Source: Pelomyxa schiedti (lineage: Eukaryota; Protista; Evosea). Taken from it: 35,725 bases of DNA. The stretch spans positions 1-35,725 of the forward strand of contig JAHLWZ010000453.1 in assembly GCA_020536535.1 (NCBI GenBank), read 5' to 3'. A program made the position numbers and the translations under genes. The notes beneath the pieces were generated by a model, which was not told the origin of the DNA, did not search any database, and saw only the letters and a list, made by a program, of their open reading frames with translations. Shown here one piece after another: positions 12,501 to 27,389 of this stretch; position 1 is the stretch's first letter; the number at the start of each line of letters is the position of its first letter.

Positions 12501-12921
12501 ATGTAAGCCTCCCCAGCTTACTGCCGAGAATCAGTCAAAAGAGATAGTACGAGGGGAAAAAATTACTTCGCCGGGAAAACAGTTTGTGCATAGGTGTTGT
12601 GTCCACTTTTAGACAGAGTGTTTGTGGTGCCTTATCAATACAAGATTGGTGCACCACCATTCCACAGTCTTGTATACGAAACGAAGAAAAATTAACGTGC
12701 GCAGCCAATTGGGAAAAATAGGCTCACCTTTGCACACATAATGGTGGTGCTTTGCCTTTGCCTCAGTACTGTACGCGTAAATCGAAAGGAAAAAAAAAAA
12801 AGGTGGGGGAGCGGGAAAAAAGGAGAGCAACAAGGAGGAAGAAAACACACTCACAAACAGCACATTTGATTGTAGTGTCGGTCTTGACGAGCTTCAGCAC
12901 AGTTGGGTCATGGCTCGTCAT
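9544..12921 (-). CDS. RhoGEF: N-terminal C1 zinc finger, Ser/Pro-rich linker, IQ-like motif, DH domain, C-terminal beta-propeller
   Basis: Spliced C1 domain: MTSH...CAVCD..YVCKDCGMVVHQSC...C. DH hallmarks: ILEELVTTEENYVKHM, FFIEPL, DLQELLITPIQRISRYKMLIADLVKETSPHAPFYGKLKGALERISSIANDIN. Terminal exon 9544-~10907 has WD-like blades (LLRVGDEIWCGCDDGTLQVYN). Confidence 0.88.
9678..9727 (-). repeat. Hexamer microsatellites encoding (TS)n(AS)n in the RhoGEF tail
   Basis: gatgctgatgctgatgctgatgcggatgtggatgtggatgtc on the + strand. Confidence 0.8.
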
Positions 12922-13251
12922 TTTTGGGATTTTTTTTTTTTTTTGTTGTTTGTGTTTTCTGTTTCTGCTTGTTCAACAACACCAAAAACTCTTATCTCGT
13001 GAACTACTCTTCACGTAAAACAGTTCGAACAAAAAAAAGAGATCTTGGTGCACTGAATTTGTTGTTGGTATGGATGATGAAGCCAACTGTACGCAACATC
13101 ACCATGGTTCAAAGGGAAATGGGATGGAATGGGGGAAAAAAACGGAGATGAAATTAATGGTATTGTATTGATATCAAAGTTGGTGTGGAAAAAGGTGTGC
13201 TATTAGTAGCCCAACAGTGAAAAATTGTATGTCTGCACGAGCACAAAGGTT

Positions 13252-13642
13252 CTAGGCAGTCTTGAAAAGCAGTACAGCCACTTGGCCCAGGTAGAAATAT
13301 ATGAATCCCTTGCTCTCATGTGTAACAAAAGAACCAAAGTTGCGTCCTACAATGCAGTGCCATGTGGGATGGAACTTTTTGTCGAATTCCTAGCATATTT
13401 TTGTTTTTTAAGATCAGTCAGAAACCACACCACACAAAATTACAGGGGGTCAGGCGACTTTTTTTCTTGGGAGAAAACCCCATAAAAACCAAACACTACG
13501 TCGAAAAAACCTTCTTGATGTAGCCGGCAATGTCCTTCTCGATTGTGAATTTCTCCATTGCGGCTGTTGCGCAGTCAATGGCTTCGGCTTGCATCTCGTC
13601 GGTCATGTCCGCATTTTTCACAACTGCCTTGCGGTCCGTCAT
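13252..13642 (-). CDS. DYNLL1: Dynein light chain LC8 (89 aa, one intron 13390-13510)
   Basis: [44 protein letters not shown]|[45 protein letters not shown] is a canonical LC8 sequence. It is missing from the ORF track. Confidence 0.98.
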
Positions 13643-13777
13643 CTCCACCACCTCGATTTATTTTTTTTGTTTTGTTTGTTTTCGTATTTCTGCGTTTGCT
13701 GTCGGCGAAATCCAATCAAAAAGGCAAACTTTGAAGCTGGGCGAAATCGGGGAACAACAGGAGCAAGAAAGCTTAGC

Positions 13778-15288
13778 TCAAGGTTCTTGGGCTGCAAGTG
13801 TTGGTGTTGTTGTTTCTGTTGTTTGGTGAACCTTGACCGCATTGGCAAATTCCTGTGAGTGTTGTTCCAGTTCTTGTTGCATTTCTTCTGGAGTCTCGAA
13901 GTCAAATCTTTCTCTGATTTCTCCAAGCCTGGTGGGTGCCACATTAATTTAAATTTTCGTTTCTATGGTTGGTTGGAAAAGGTGGATATGCACACCTGTC
14001 ATATTCCCAAGACGTTGGACCCGCGGCAATGTTCCATAAGTTCTCAGTGACAGGGTCCAGGGTTCCAAACACATAGCCATTTGCTTTATCTATGACCTTG
14101 ACCAATTCATACATGCTCTCCTTGCTCTAAAAAACCCGGTGAAGCATTTCGTGGGAAAAAAAGTAGTTCTACAATGATACCTGCACATCGAGAGTTGCAA
14201 AGCTGACAAGGTTGAAGTCGGAAACTAGTTCACACAGAGCAGCGTTCAGTTTCTTAAATTTGGAACCGAAGGTATCAGCATCAAGTAATTCTTTCAAGTG
14301 CTCCAAATCCATTGCGTCAGTATAAAATTCCAAATCGAATGCTGCGTTGCAAAGAAACAGTCAATGTAGAGAAGATAACCAATAACAAACAAAGCATGGA
14401 ATTACCAAGTGGCCCATATTTTTGTAGGAGGTCTATCTTAGATAAAACATTGACATGAGGAAGCCCGAGTTGCAGCATAGCATTGAGGCAAAACAATAAG
14501 GCTGCAATGTAGGTTGTTGGCTGACCACAGTAAAACGAATCAACAAGTTGCACAGCTGCAAGCTTCCAAAGATATTACAAACTCTGGTGTGGTGCAAAGG
14601 ATGTGTACGAGAACTGGATTATCTAGGTGTGACAAACCCGGAATCCTATTTTGGAGAGACGTTCCACTATAGCCTGTACAGAGTGGTGGTGTGTGTATAG
14701 CTCAACCTGTCCTGGACAATCGAACAAGAAGTAGTGGTCTATCACAAGATAAGAAGAGTTGCTAAATGAGTAGGAGAAACTTTTCAATAATGCAAGTTTT
14801 TCCTCAAGCCAGTCAATGTTTTTTTCCAGGTACTCCATACAATACATCAATGCTGTAAGAAAAGGGTCATAATTTGCTATGGGTGACATTAGCACACCTC
14901 CATTTGGACCCAATTCTGTCTCTTTCATCACATCATTGAGGTTTATAAGTTCAGAAATATTGACATCACATTTATATCTAACGTTACCATTAAAATGTAA
15001 CCAAAGTTCTCAGGGAACAAACGGTAGTCTCTCATTGGCAGGATCCAAGTTTACAATTGCAACTTTCCTAACCAGCCAAAAGATTTGAAACGTTAAAATA
15101 ACACTAGTACAACTAAAAAAGAAAGGGAGGAAAGTACCTGCCAATTTGAGAAAGAAATTGTTGCATTCCGTTACACAGTGTCGTCTTTCCAGAGCCAGGT
15201 GATCCTTGTTGCAAACACTTAGCCAAAGGTCATTGTGGGAAACGATGGTACCAATCACAAACTGCCCGAAGTGCGTCTCTTTCGCCAT
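13778..15288 (-). CDS. GPN2: GPN-loop GTPase 2
   Basis: Spliced motifs: FGQFVIGSPGSGKTT, IVNLDPANE, ELGPNGG, YFLFDCPGQVELYTHH, LPHVNVLSKIDL, VIDKANGYVF. Confidence 0.95.
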
Positions 15289-15663
15289 CAGGTTTTTTTT
15301 CTTTTAGTACGTTTCGGTCAACACCCTCGGAAGGGCTAAGTCTCAGGGAATCTCCGTCTAAGCACTCCTCGTGGGTGCTTGCTTCCTGAGAACCCAGGAA
15401 TCCTCAGTGGGAGATCCCCCATCTTTGATGGCCCAATTAACTCAAAGACAACTGCAAACCCGACACAATTTAGAGAAAACAAACGAAAATACGAACGCAA
15501 TCAGAGATGCAGACGCCTGCCTCACCTAGTACTGTGGCTTTTTCTTTTGATTTCGTTTTGATTTTAGTCTCATCGGATCTCTGCAGCCCCTACCGGTTTG
15601 TTTATTGACGCCAATACAGACTTTGCTGGTGTGTTGGGTTTTGTTTCCTGCGTAAATGAGTGA
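15289..15663. promoter_or_regulatory. Probable bidirectional promoter region between GPN2 and UTP18
   Basis: ~375-bp spacer between divergent start codons. No specific motif was assigned. Confidence 0.4.
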
Positions 15664-17868
15664 ATGAGATCTACTGGTGCTTTATTTGTGGGTAATTGCG
15701 TAACTCAACTTTGTCGTAGCCAAAGCAACGATCCCTGGCGTCTTTTTTGAGGACAAGACAGGCAGAAGAGCACACGTGCGAAAACCAAAACCCACAATCG
15801 CAGCAGAATCCGGCACTCCCGCATTGGTAAATGACCCCCAAAGAGAAGCTCTTCTTCAGAGAGCATCAAATGCAGAGCTTGAGAGGGATTCTACTTTGGA
15901 TAGTTTGAAGAAGAGCCTCAAGAACACCAAAGTACCAAAACCTGTTGCTAGTCCCGCACCAGCTGCTCCTCAAACAGCGAAACCTCAAACCCCTAGCTCT
16001 CTGAAGCCCAAAGCTCCAGATACAGGAACAATGCTAATGTTGGAAGAAGAAAGGCTGACAAATAAACTCTTCGGGAAAAAGGAGCTGCACTTTTCAACTG
16101 GAGAGACAATCGCAGTGGATGGGGAGGATGAGGATGACGAAAGAGAGAAAGTTATCCAAGAGTTAGAGGCAGAAGATGAAGCTAGCGATGAAGAGGATAA
16201 TGATCGCGAAGAGTTACCCGCCACCGAATCAGGTATACTCACCTACTTGTTTTCTTTCCTCAAGTAACATAGCAAGGTGAAGAGGACCAAGCCGTGTGGC
16301 ATGATCCTGACGATGAGCAGATGGTCTCAACTCGCTATGGAAGATACTCTGCCAGTGACCTGCGGGCTCAGTTTGTTTTTCTTTTTTCGGGCGTTATCTC
16401 TCACTTTAATCCTTCATAGGCGGGAGCAATTTTGTCTGCAACCAACGACATGGGCTAGGATAAAGCGACCTCGCCTTTCTTCTTCCAAGGACGTAACAGA
16501 CACCCTGATAGGAGAAAGAGGAGCTGCTTTACTAGCCAGTACATCTGATGTATTGGAGTCACAACGGGGAGTGCTGACTCCTGGTTACCTTGGAGTTAAA
16601 AATATTGGTCTCATCCCATCCTCGGTTCGTTTTTCATCCCTACTCCCCTAGTTTCACATCTATAGGGGCAACCCTCTTCTGTGCAATTTCATCTTAACGA
16701 ACAATTGGTTATGTTCACAACACTGCAAGGGCATTTTCTCATGCACAGAGTACTACTCCATAGTAAATCTCCAGTTAATGTAAACGAATGCAGATTGGGA
16801 ACAACATGTTTCACCCAACGGCCCGATTTTGGAAGTTTCATAACTTCTCCTGCTTGTGTAGCGCGTTCACAGCAGATTATACTGAAGCTTTGGTCACTGG
16901 AGATCAACCCTATTTCTTTTCAGTGGATGTGGAATCTGAAAAAATCACGAAGATTCCCTATTTAACAAGTTGTTCCATTCATATCCTTATTACTCCCTGA
17001 CAGTGAATATCAGGGCAAGCCGAAAGGGCTTATCCTCACTTCTCGGTGTCTCCCGACAATAACGTACTTGCATTTTCCGGAGAAGACGGAAACGCCTTAA
17101 TTGTTTCTCGAGCAAGTAAGCAGGTTGTTGGCAAGTGCCGAGTACCTTCCGGTTCACTTCAAAAAACATGCTTTTCCTCCAACGGTTCAAGATTGTTTGC
17201 CCTTGACTGTATGCTTTCACTTTAATTTGCTACAGTATTGCGCACAACTGAATTAACTGGAACCAACTACCTCCCTTAAAAGCCCGCGGACGTGTGACCT
17301 GCTTTGATACAAGGACTTACATGCCTGTGTACTCCTATTCCGACCAGGGCAATGTCCAGTCACATGCGTTTGCCCTCTCTCCAAATGATAAGTGGCAAGC
17401 AGTTGGGTATGAAACTGTCCTTCCACTTGCTCCCGCTCTGGGATTGACTATCTTCCAGCTCTGATGTTGGTGTGCTCAACTTGTACCAGTCTGATGCTCT
17501 ACCAGCAAAGCCCCACCCAAAGCCTCTCTGGTCCTCACTCGCACTCACTACAGCAGTAACCCACATTTCGTTCAACCAAGACTCGAACTTGCTTGCCTGG
17601 AGTTCCCCGACACTGGAATGCTCACTTCGCATTGTATGTATTCCCGCGAGTACCTTTCTTCCTCCTCTGTATAGTTGACTAACCGAATGCACACATACAA
17701 CCAACACCAAAGGCCCACGTTCCATCACAGTCCATCTTTTGCGACTTCCCTATGGGGAAACTCAAGAGCAAAGTACAGACCTTTGCCATAAGCCCTTCCA
17801 GCAAATACATAGCAATAGGCATACCAACAGCAGTCCGGCTCCACTCCCTGGATCCCTACAACCTCTAG
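15664..17868 (+). CDS. UTP18: U3 snoRNA-associated WD40 protein UTP18 (start codon tentative)
   Basis: Acidic N-terminus with EEERLTNKLFG and AVWHDPDDE. WD40 C-terminus: ALVTGDQPYFFSVDV, PKPLWSSLALTTAVTHISFNQDSNLLA, RIAHVPSQSIFCDFP...FAISPSSKYIAIG. All fit the UTP18 pattern. Confidence 0.85.
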
Positions 17869-18014
17869 GATTCGTTCACAAAGAACACGATCAAAACTCC
17901 GGATCACGATGGCCACTTCTCCAAAACAAAGAAAAAAAGCGCGTACTTTTTTGTTCTGTTTTTGTCCAACACTCACCCTGTGAGAAGAGAAGCGACGGGA
18001 AGGGGGAATCGACG

Positions 18015-21516
<3,502 letters not shown>

Positions 21517-21740
21517 AAAATGTTTTTTTTTTGCACAGCCTGTTTTTGTTGGGTTGCTTCCCAAGCAAATCCCATGGCAATAGGCCCTTGTGGGACTCGC
21601 TCGTGGGTCCTGGCAAAGGATGATGTCGAACTCCACAGTGACATTGATACTCCATGATTTCGGCAAGATCAGGGACCACCCCGGCGGTTTCGCCCTCTGA
21701 TTAGATTCCAGGAAGTCAATTGGGATACGGTTTGGCCCTT

Positions 21741-22028
21741 ATGTCGGTGAACGGTGGGGAGCGCAGAGGACTAATGTCAGTTCTTCTCTTTGTTTCTCGT
21801 GCACTGGTTGGGTAGTGACATCTTATATTGTTTTCCCTCGTAGGAGTGGGGATCACAACGATGGAGAGAGCAAGCAGTGGCACACCAACGTGATGTTGTG
21901 CTCAGCAGCGACGGTGGTCGTAGGGACCATCGCTGCCGTCTTCGCCGCGGTTTCTTTCGCCTACGTCTTTCAGATCTGGAGCACTGTGGAAACTCCAACA
22001 GAAGTAATTAATTACTCTTCGTTTTATG

Positions 22029-22065
<37 letters not shown>

Positions 22066-25000
22066 CACATTGTGGCCATAGACGACTGTTATTTCCACTT
22101 ACACTGACACAGTGATCAACTACGTCACGAGCAACAACCTTGTTTCAGTCCAACAGTTGCTCTCAATGGGTGCAGACCCTAATTCTCGCAATCCCTCTGG
22201 GATGACTCTTCTAATGATAGCAGCCGGGAGGGGCTACATGCAAATGGTTACTGGCTTCCCTCTGCGTTCCTTCATGCTTAATCCGGGAAAACCAGGTTGA
22301 TCTGTTGCTAAATGCTGGTGCTGACCCCACATGGCTGGATTCGAGAATGGGAACCACTGCCCTGCACATGGCTTGTCAAGGTATTGAGTTGAGAACATGT
22401 TCTATGCCCATTTCCACTTTTTTTGATTAGGAGGAAACCCAGATATTGTTACTATGCTGGCTGAACACGGAGCATTTTTGGACCTTCAGGCTGCCAGAAA
22501 TGGTAATTATGGCACTTCAAAGGAATGACAGTAACAAAAAAAAAGGGCACACAGCACTGATGGACGCAGTGTGGTATTAACACAATTTCTTTTCTGTTGC
22601 AGCTGTACACGGTAACCACTCATTCCACCAATTTAGGTACAAAAACCCAGATGCCGTGCAGCGGCTTGTCGATTTGGGTGCCAATATGTACCTGTATTCA
22701 CACTATGGCAAAAATGCAACTATGTTCATTGAGACAGGCAAGTCCGCAAAAGATCAAAATCTCTATGACAAGATACAACTTATTTTGGAGTATGTCACAC
22801 CCTTCCGTTTTCTTGTAATGATCTTTTTTATATTATTCTCCAACAAATGCCAGCAATTACGCTAAATCCATTGATGAGACTATTTCCAATCAACTCCTGT
22901 TTAATGCAGTACTTGCCCATGATATTGATACTGTCAGAGAGTTACTTTCTACGGGTTACACAAATATTGATGAAAGAAGACCAAATACAATGACCCCAGA
23001 AGATGGCTATACACCGTATGACAACAAGTCCTTGTCATCGATGTGATCTTTTTCTTTTTTGGCTTCAGACTCCTTTTAGCGGCCCGAGATGGGGAAACAG
23101 AAATTGTGGAAGTATTATTGGAGTATGGAGCTGATATCACTGCAGTGGACTATTTCATGAAGGTGTGACTTTTTTCTTTTATTGTCTCGTTCTCAAGAAC
23201 ATTTTACATCACTCAGGCAACAGCAGGCCATAAATGCGCATACAATGGATTCCCTGACACCTGTCAATCCTTGATAGATAATGGGGGTCTTGAAATTGAT
23301 GCCCAAGGGCCAGTTAATGGAAAAACGGTAAATATGTAGCTGAACACTATTCAACTAGTTATTGCTTTGTGGTAAATACGCTGAACACAATAAAGGCTTT
23401 GCATGATGCTATTTGGCATGGACACAGTGAAGCCGCCTCTGTTTTGATAAATGGTGGTGCACGCACCGACCTCTTCTCCTGGGATGGTCTGTCTGTTTAT
23501 CAAGTTAAATCACTTTCCACTGCATCAAATAACATCTCCCAAATCAGGAAGCAAAGAAGTTCTGGTACTATGATATTATGGACCTCGTTAATGGTGTTAA
23601 CTGTTACGAATCTCATCAAACATTCACTTTCCCCCAGACACAGAGTACATACCTCCATCAGACTCCTTCATAGGAAAAGTTCTGGGAAACGATCTCGTTG
23701 CTGTACAAATATTACTGCAGCAAGGTGAATGGTTTTGTGTAGTGTAAATCTGAATTTCCCGTAGGTCAGGATGTAAACCAGAAAGACAGTAATGGAATGG
23801 TACCACTCGCGAATATTAATCCTATATTAAGAGAGTTCTTTTAAGACAGGTCTGCACTATGCATCTGGTCGATGCTTTGCCCAAATGGTAGATCTTTTAC
23901 TCAACTCTGGGGCAAGTCCCGTTCTTCTAGACTCCGAAATGGGGACCAGTGCTTTGCACCTTGCTGCTCAGGGTACTTGCTACTTCCGGTAGGTTGTTGC
24001 TTTGTGCTGATAAACGGGTTGGAAAAAACCCAAAAAGGGGGATGTGTTGATGTTGCATCTCTTCTCCTGGAGCATGGTGCTTTTCTCGACTTGAACAATG
24101 CGTTTGCGGTATGGGTTTTTTGTCCCACTATTTGCCAACACATTCAAAGGGACATACACCATTGCAAGAGGCAGTATGGTACAAGAACCCTACTGTTTCA
24201 ACGTGAGTTGCTAAATTTTTTTTCGTCATTTAATGTTGTTTTTGACGCGATAAAAAGGCTCCTTATGGAAAGTGGAGCAAATTTAGCCATCCAAAACCAC
24301 TATGGAAATACGGTGGATGACTTCTTAGATGACTCCCCTGTTTCCACAATGGATGTTGTAATCAACAATGCAACTTCTCTTGGTATGTTGAATTCCGGCA
24401 TGTGCTAATGCAGATTAACGAACCAATCAGCTCTGGAAAACCGCATACAAGAGATAGAAGATATACTTGACTCACAACAGCTGAACGCAGCAACGATGGC
24501 GGACAACCTGACTGCCGTCAATCTTCTGTTGGCTGCTGGTTACACAGATCTTAACGAACGACGCCCTAACATTGGTGTAAGATGGGATGGCTATACCCCG
24601 TATGAAAACTAGTTCCTTTCTGGTTTCCTCACCGAGTACCAATCAGATTGCTGCTGGCAGCTATAAATGGATATTCCGATATCTTTTCGAAAATACTTCA
24701 CCACATTGAATGAATTGTTTTTCCATGACTCCAATTACACATCGTTCTTGCATTATTGCAGGCAGGTGCAGATATAAAAGTTGTGGACTACTACATGAAG
24801 TCGACTGTAGCCCACAAGTGTGGGTATGGAGGCTTCCCAGACGTATGCAGAATCATTGTAAATTGGGGAGGTCTGGAATTGAACGCTCAAGGGCCAATAA
24901 ATGGCTACACTGTGTGTACTCCCTCTCGTTCCCTCCGTATTTCCTTTGTTCGGAGTATACACTATACTAAAACGTTACGGCTTTGAAGACCTACATTCTG

Positions 25001-25790
25001 ATGTCTCATTTTCTCCTTGATGTAGGCACTACATGATTCGATATGGCATGGTCATACAGAAACAGCCACGGTTTTAGTAGAAGCAGGTCTCTTATTACCG
25101 TCGCAAATGACACAAGTTCAGCACAAGCTTCTAACATCCTTGTAGGCGCCAAGACGAACCTTGTGGCCTGGGATGGACTTGTCCCCCTAACAGGTCCCTT
25201 TCCTTTCTCCCTCTGCCTTAGACAAACTGCACTCTACAACAGAATCCCAAAAATACGGCTTTGAGGATGTTGAAGATCTTCTTGACAATGCAACTGATCC
25301 CTCCAACAACGTATATCCCTCAAATAAATAATAGCGGGGCCGTTTTCACGATGCTTTCAAGATATCACCAGACATTGATGGCATTGTCAGAGTCATGAAC
25401 GTTTTTGGAGTTATTCCTGGTAAAATGGGTGACATGGAAAGGTTGAATGATTACCCGGTAATAAAATATCAACTCACCACGTGACACATTTCCAGTCTCG
25501 TTTCATCATATGCCCCCAATGTGCGGACTGAACAAGGCTGTTTGCTTTTCGACTTTGTCACGGCCCAAACCCCACCCGGTTCTGGGTTTCCGGCAACCAT
25601 GTACCTGTATGAGAAGTGGCAGACCCAAGCCGATTTGGAGACACACGTTGCACTCCAAGTAACAATGAACCCTTATGTTTATGTGACTGTCTTCTAACTG
25701 TCCTCAAAGAGCACCCAAGACTTCACCAATTCAATGCAGCAATTGCTTGTCTCTAGCAGCACCCAATATTGCAACGATGTATCGCTGTGA
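21741..25790 (+). CDS. Signal-anchored protein with two tandem ankyrin-repeat modules and a C-terminal ABM (antibiotic-biosynthesis-monooxygenase/YgiN/LsrG-like) domain; ~26 introns, start codon uncertain (21741 or 21893)
   Basis: TM segment AATVVVGTIAAVFAAVSFAYVF. Ankyrin repeats: GMTLLMIAAGRGY..MVDLLLNAGAD, MGTTALHMACQGG, GHTALMDAVWYK, GYTPLLLAARDG, GKTALHDAIWHGH, all repeated in a second module. ABM: IVRVMNVFGVIPGKMGDMESLVSSYAPNVRTEQGCLLFDFV...MYLYEKWQTQADLETHVALQSTQDF. The fusion needs a 24-nt intron at 25311-25334. Confidence 0.82.
24679..24738 (+). other. AT-AC (U12-type) spliceosomal intron, 60 nt
   Basis: 5' end ATATCTTTT, branch-like TTTTTCCATGAC ~10 nt from the 3' end, terminal AC. 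Removal gives GYSD|IVLALLQAGADIKVVDYYMK, gap-free with module 1 GETEIVEVLLEYGADITAVDYFMK. There is no GT before the in-frame TGA. Confidence 0.85.
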
Positions 25791-25833
25791 CCCCTTTACC
25801 AACAAAAATTTATTTTCCCATTTCTCGTTAACG

Positions 25834-27288
25834 ATGATCCAAGTGACAGAGATGCTGCGCGCTGGCGAGCAGCTGGCGGCGTTGGCACTAGCTATCTACC
25901 GCCGGTCGCAACAGGTAGTAGCACTCGTAAGCAGCAGCAGCAGCAACACCAAAAACGAGGGACCACCGAGCGCCAAGAGACCCAGGACGTCGGCTACGAC
26001 AACTACGGCCAGCGGCGCCGCTGCTGCCGAGGCCTCGCGAGCGCCGCAGCCACAGCTTGTGCTGCGGCACCCTCCCGTGAGCATGCTGCCGATGAGCGTG
26101 CTGCGATACAGCGTCGGGGACCCGTGGGTGCTGCGGCACGAGAGGCTTGTGGCCGTGTCGGTGCTGGCGGGGCCCGCGGACAACTACGAGTGGGCGTGGG
26201 TCGCGCTTGGGGTGTCCGGGACGCTGGGCGTCACTGTGGGACCCAGCGTGCTGGCTAGGGAAAGATGGGGATGTGGGCCCCGCGTCTGCGGTTTCCTCCA
26301 AGGCGAGTCCCAGTGTGTGGCGCTGTTCGAGGGCCTGCTGCAAACTGATTCGGGGCTTTACTGCTCTGGTCTCTGCGCCGCTGCGTGTTCCTCTGTTGAG
26401 GGTAATGGGAGGAGTGTGTCGGAATCACAGATACTTGTGGCTGACAGGTCCACAATCTTAACGAGAGAGTCGGATGAGGGAGTATTTCGGTGTTGCTGCA
26501 ACGGCATGTGGGTGGTGGCCCTTGTGGGTGGGCCTTGTCCACCCGGGGACACAATGAGGCTGTGGAAGCTGAGTGGCTCTCTCCCCACAAAACAACAAGC
26601 GCACGACATCAGGCTCCCAGACCATTATCTCTCCAGTTGCAAGGAAACCTTTGTGCTGAAATTCTCTGATACGCAGCTTGCCTCGGGTGCTATCCAGCAA
26701 CAAAATGAACTCTGCTGGTTGAGGCTTTTGGGCAGTAAGTTGAGAGTTGATATCATTGACCTTCAGCGATCATTCACCAGTGGGCACCTAGTAGTGGTTA
26801 CAAGTTCAGAGTTCTATTATTCAATGCAGGCAATAATCTGGCCCCCCTTAATTACAACCAATCAAGGGAGATTGTACGCTCTCTTAAAAAAGATACAAGC
26901 ACCACCCTGTGAGAGGTATTCTGAAGTTCTGGATGCCTTTTCTGGTTCCAAGCTGCCCTTCAGTGGCACCATAATCTCCACAGCTGATGATAAAGGCCAC
27001 GTTGTCATGCAGAGGAAGAACACCCCCGACTCGTATGAAATTGTGGACATTGCACACCCAGAACGTGGGACTCGGCACGCGTGGCGCTTTCCTGACCACT
27101 TTTTCAAATTCCAAGATGCAGGGTTGCTTTCTACCTGTCCCCAGGACAACGGACACAGAAACACAGTCAAGATATGGGACACACTCACTGGCTTCTTAAT
27201 CATTTCGTTCTCCGTCCCATCCAGACAAAACACCTCAGTACACTCTTTCATTTCCGTTCACAAGGTGGGTTCAAAACAAAACACCTGA
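25834..27288 (+). CDS. Intronless hypothetical protein (~484 aa), function unknown
   Basis: Long open frame (ORF track 25747-27288). The first ATG past the upstream gene's stop is at 25834 (an ATG at 25777 overlaps that gene's end). The 5' half is GC-rich and the C-terminal half is beta-strand rich (TVKIWDTLTGFLIISF). No family was confidently recognised. Confidence 0.7.
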   Translation: MIQVTEMLRAGEQLAALALAIYRRSQQVVALVSSSSSNTKNEGPPSAKRPRTSATTTTASGAAAAEASRAPQPQLVLRHPPVSMLPMSVLRYSVGDPWVLRHERLVAVSVLAGPADNYEWAWVALGVSGTLGVTVGPSVLARERWGCGPRVCGFLQGESQCVALFEGLLQTDSGLYCSGLCAAACSSVEGNGRSVSESQILVADRSTILTRESDEGVFRCCCNGMWVVALVGGPCPPGDTMRLWKLSGSLPTKQQAHDIRLPDHYLSSCKETFVLKFSDTQLASGAIQQQNELCWLRLLGSKLRVDIIDLQRSFTSGHLVVVTSSEFYYSMQAIIWPPLITTNQGRLYALLKKIQAPPCERYSEVLDAFSGSKLPFSGTIISTADDKGHVVMQRKNTPDSYEIVDIAHPERGTRHAWRFPDHFFKFQDAGLLSTCPQDNGHRNTVKIWDTLTGFLIISFSVPSRQNTSVHSFISVHKVGSKQNT

Positions 27289-27389
27289 AGAGTCCTCCAA
27301 AAATTTGTGAGAACTTCTCAACAAAAAAATCCAAAAAAAAGGGGTTGTAGTTTTGTGTTACAATTTGTCAATATCATACAGAGTATTAA

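Noticed and set aside
12609-12863. 84-aa minus-strand ORF as a separate gene
   Set aside because: It spans introns and C1-domain exons of the RhoGEF, mostly in the wrong frame.
25888-26703. Multiple antisense ORFs within the 513-aa frame
   Set aside because: GC-rich shadow ORFs with no domain signal.
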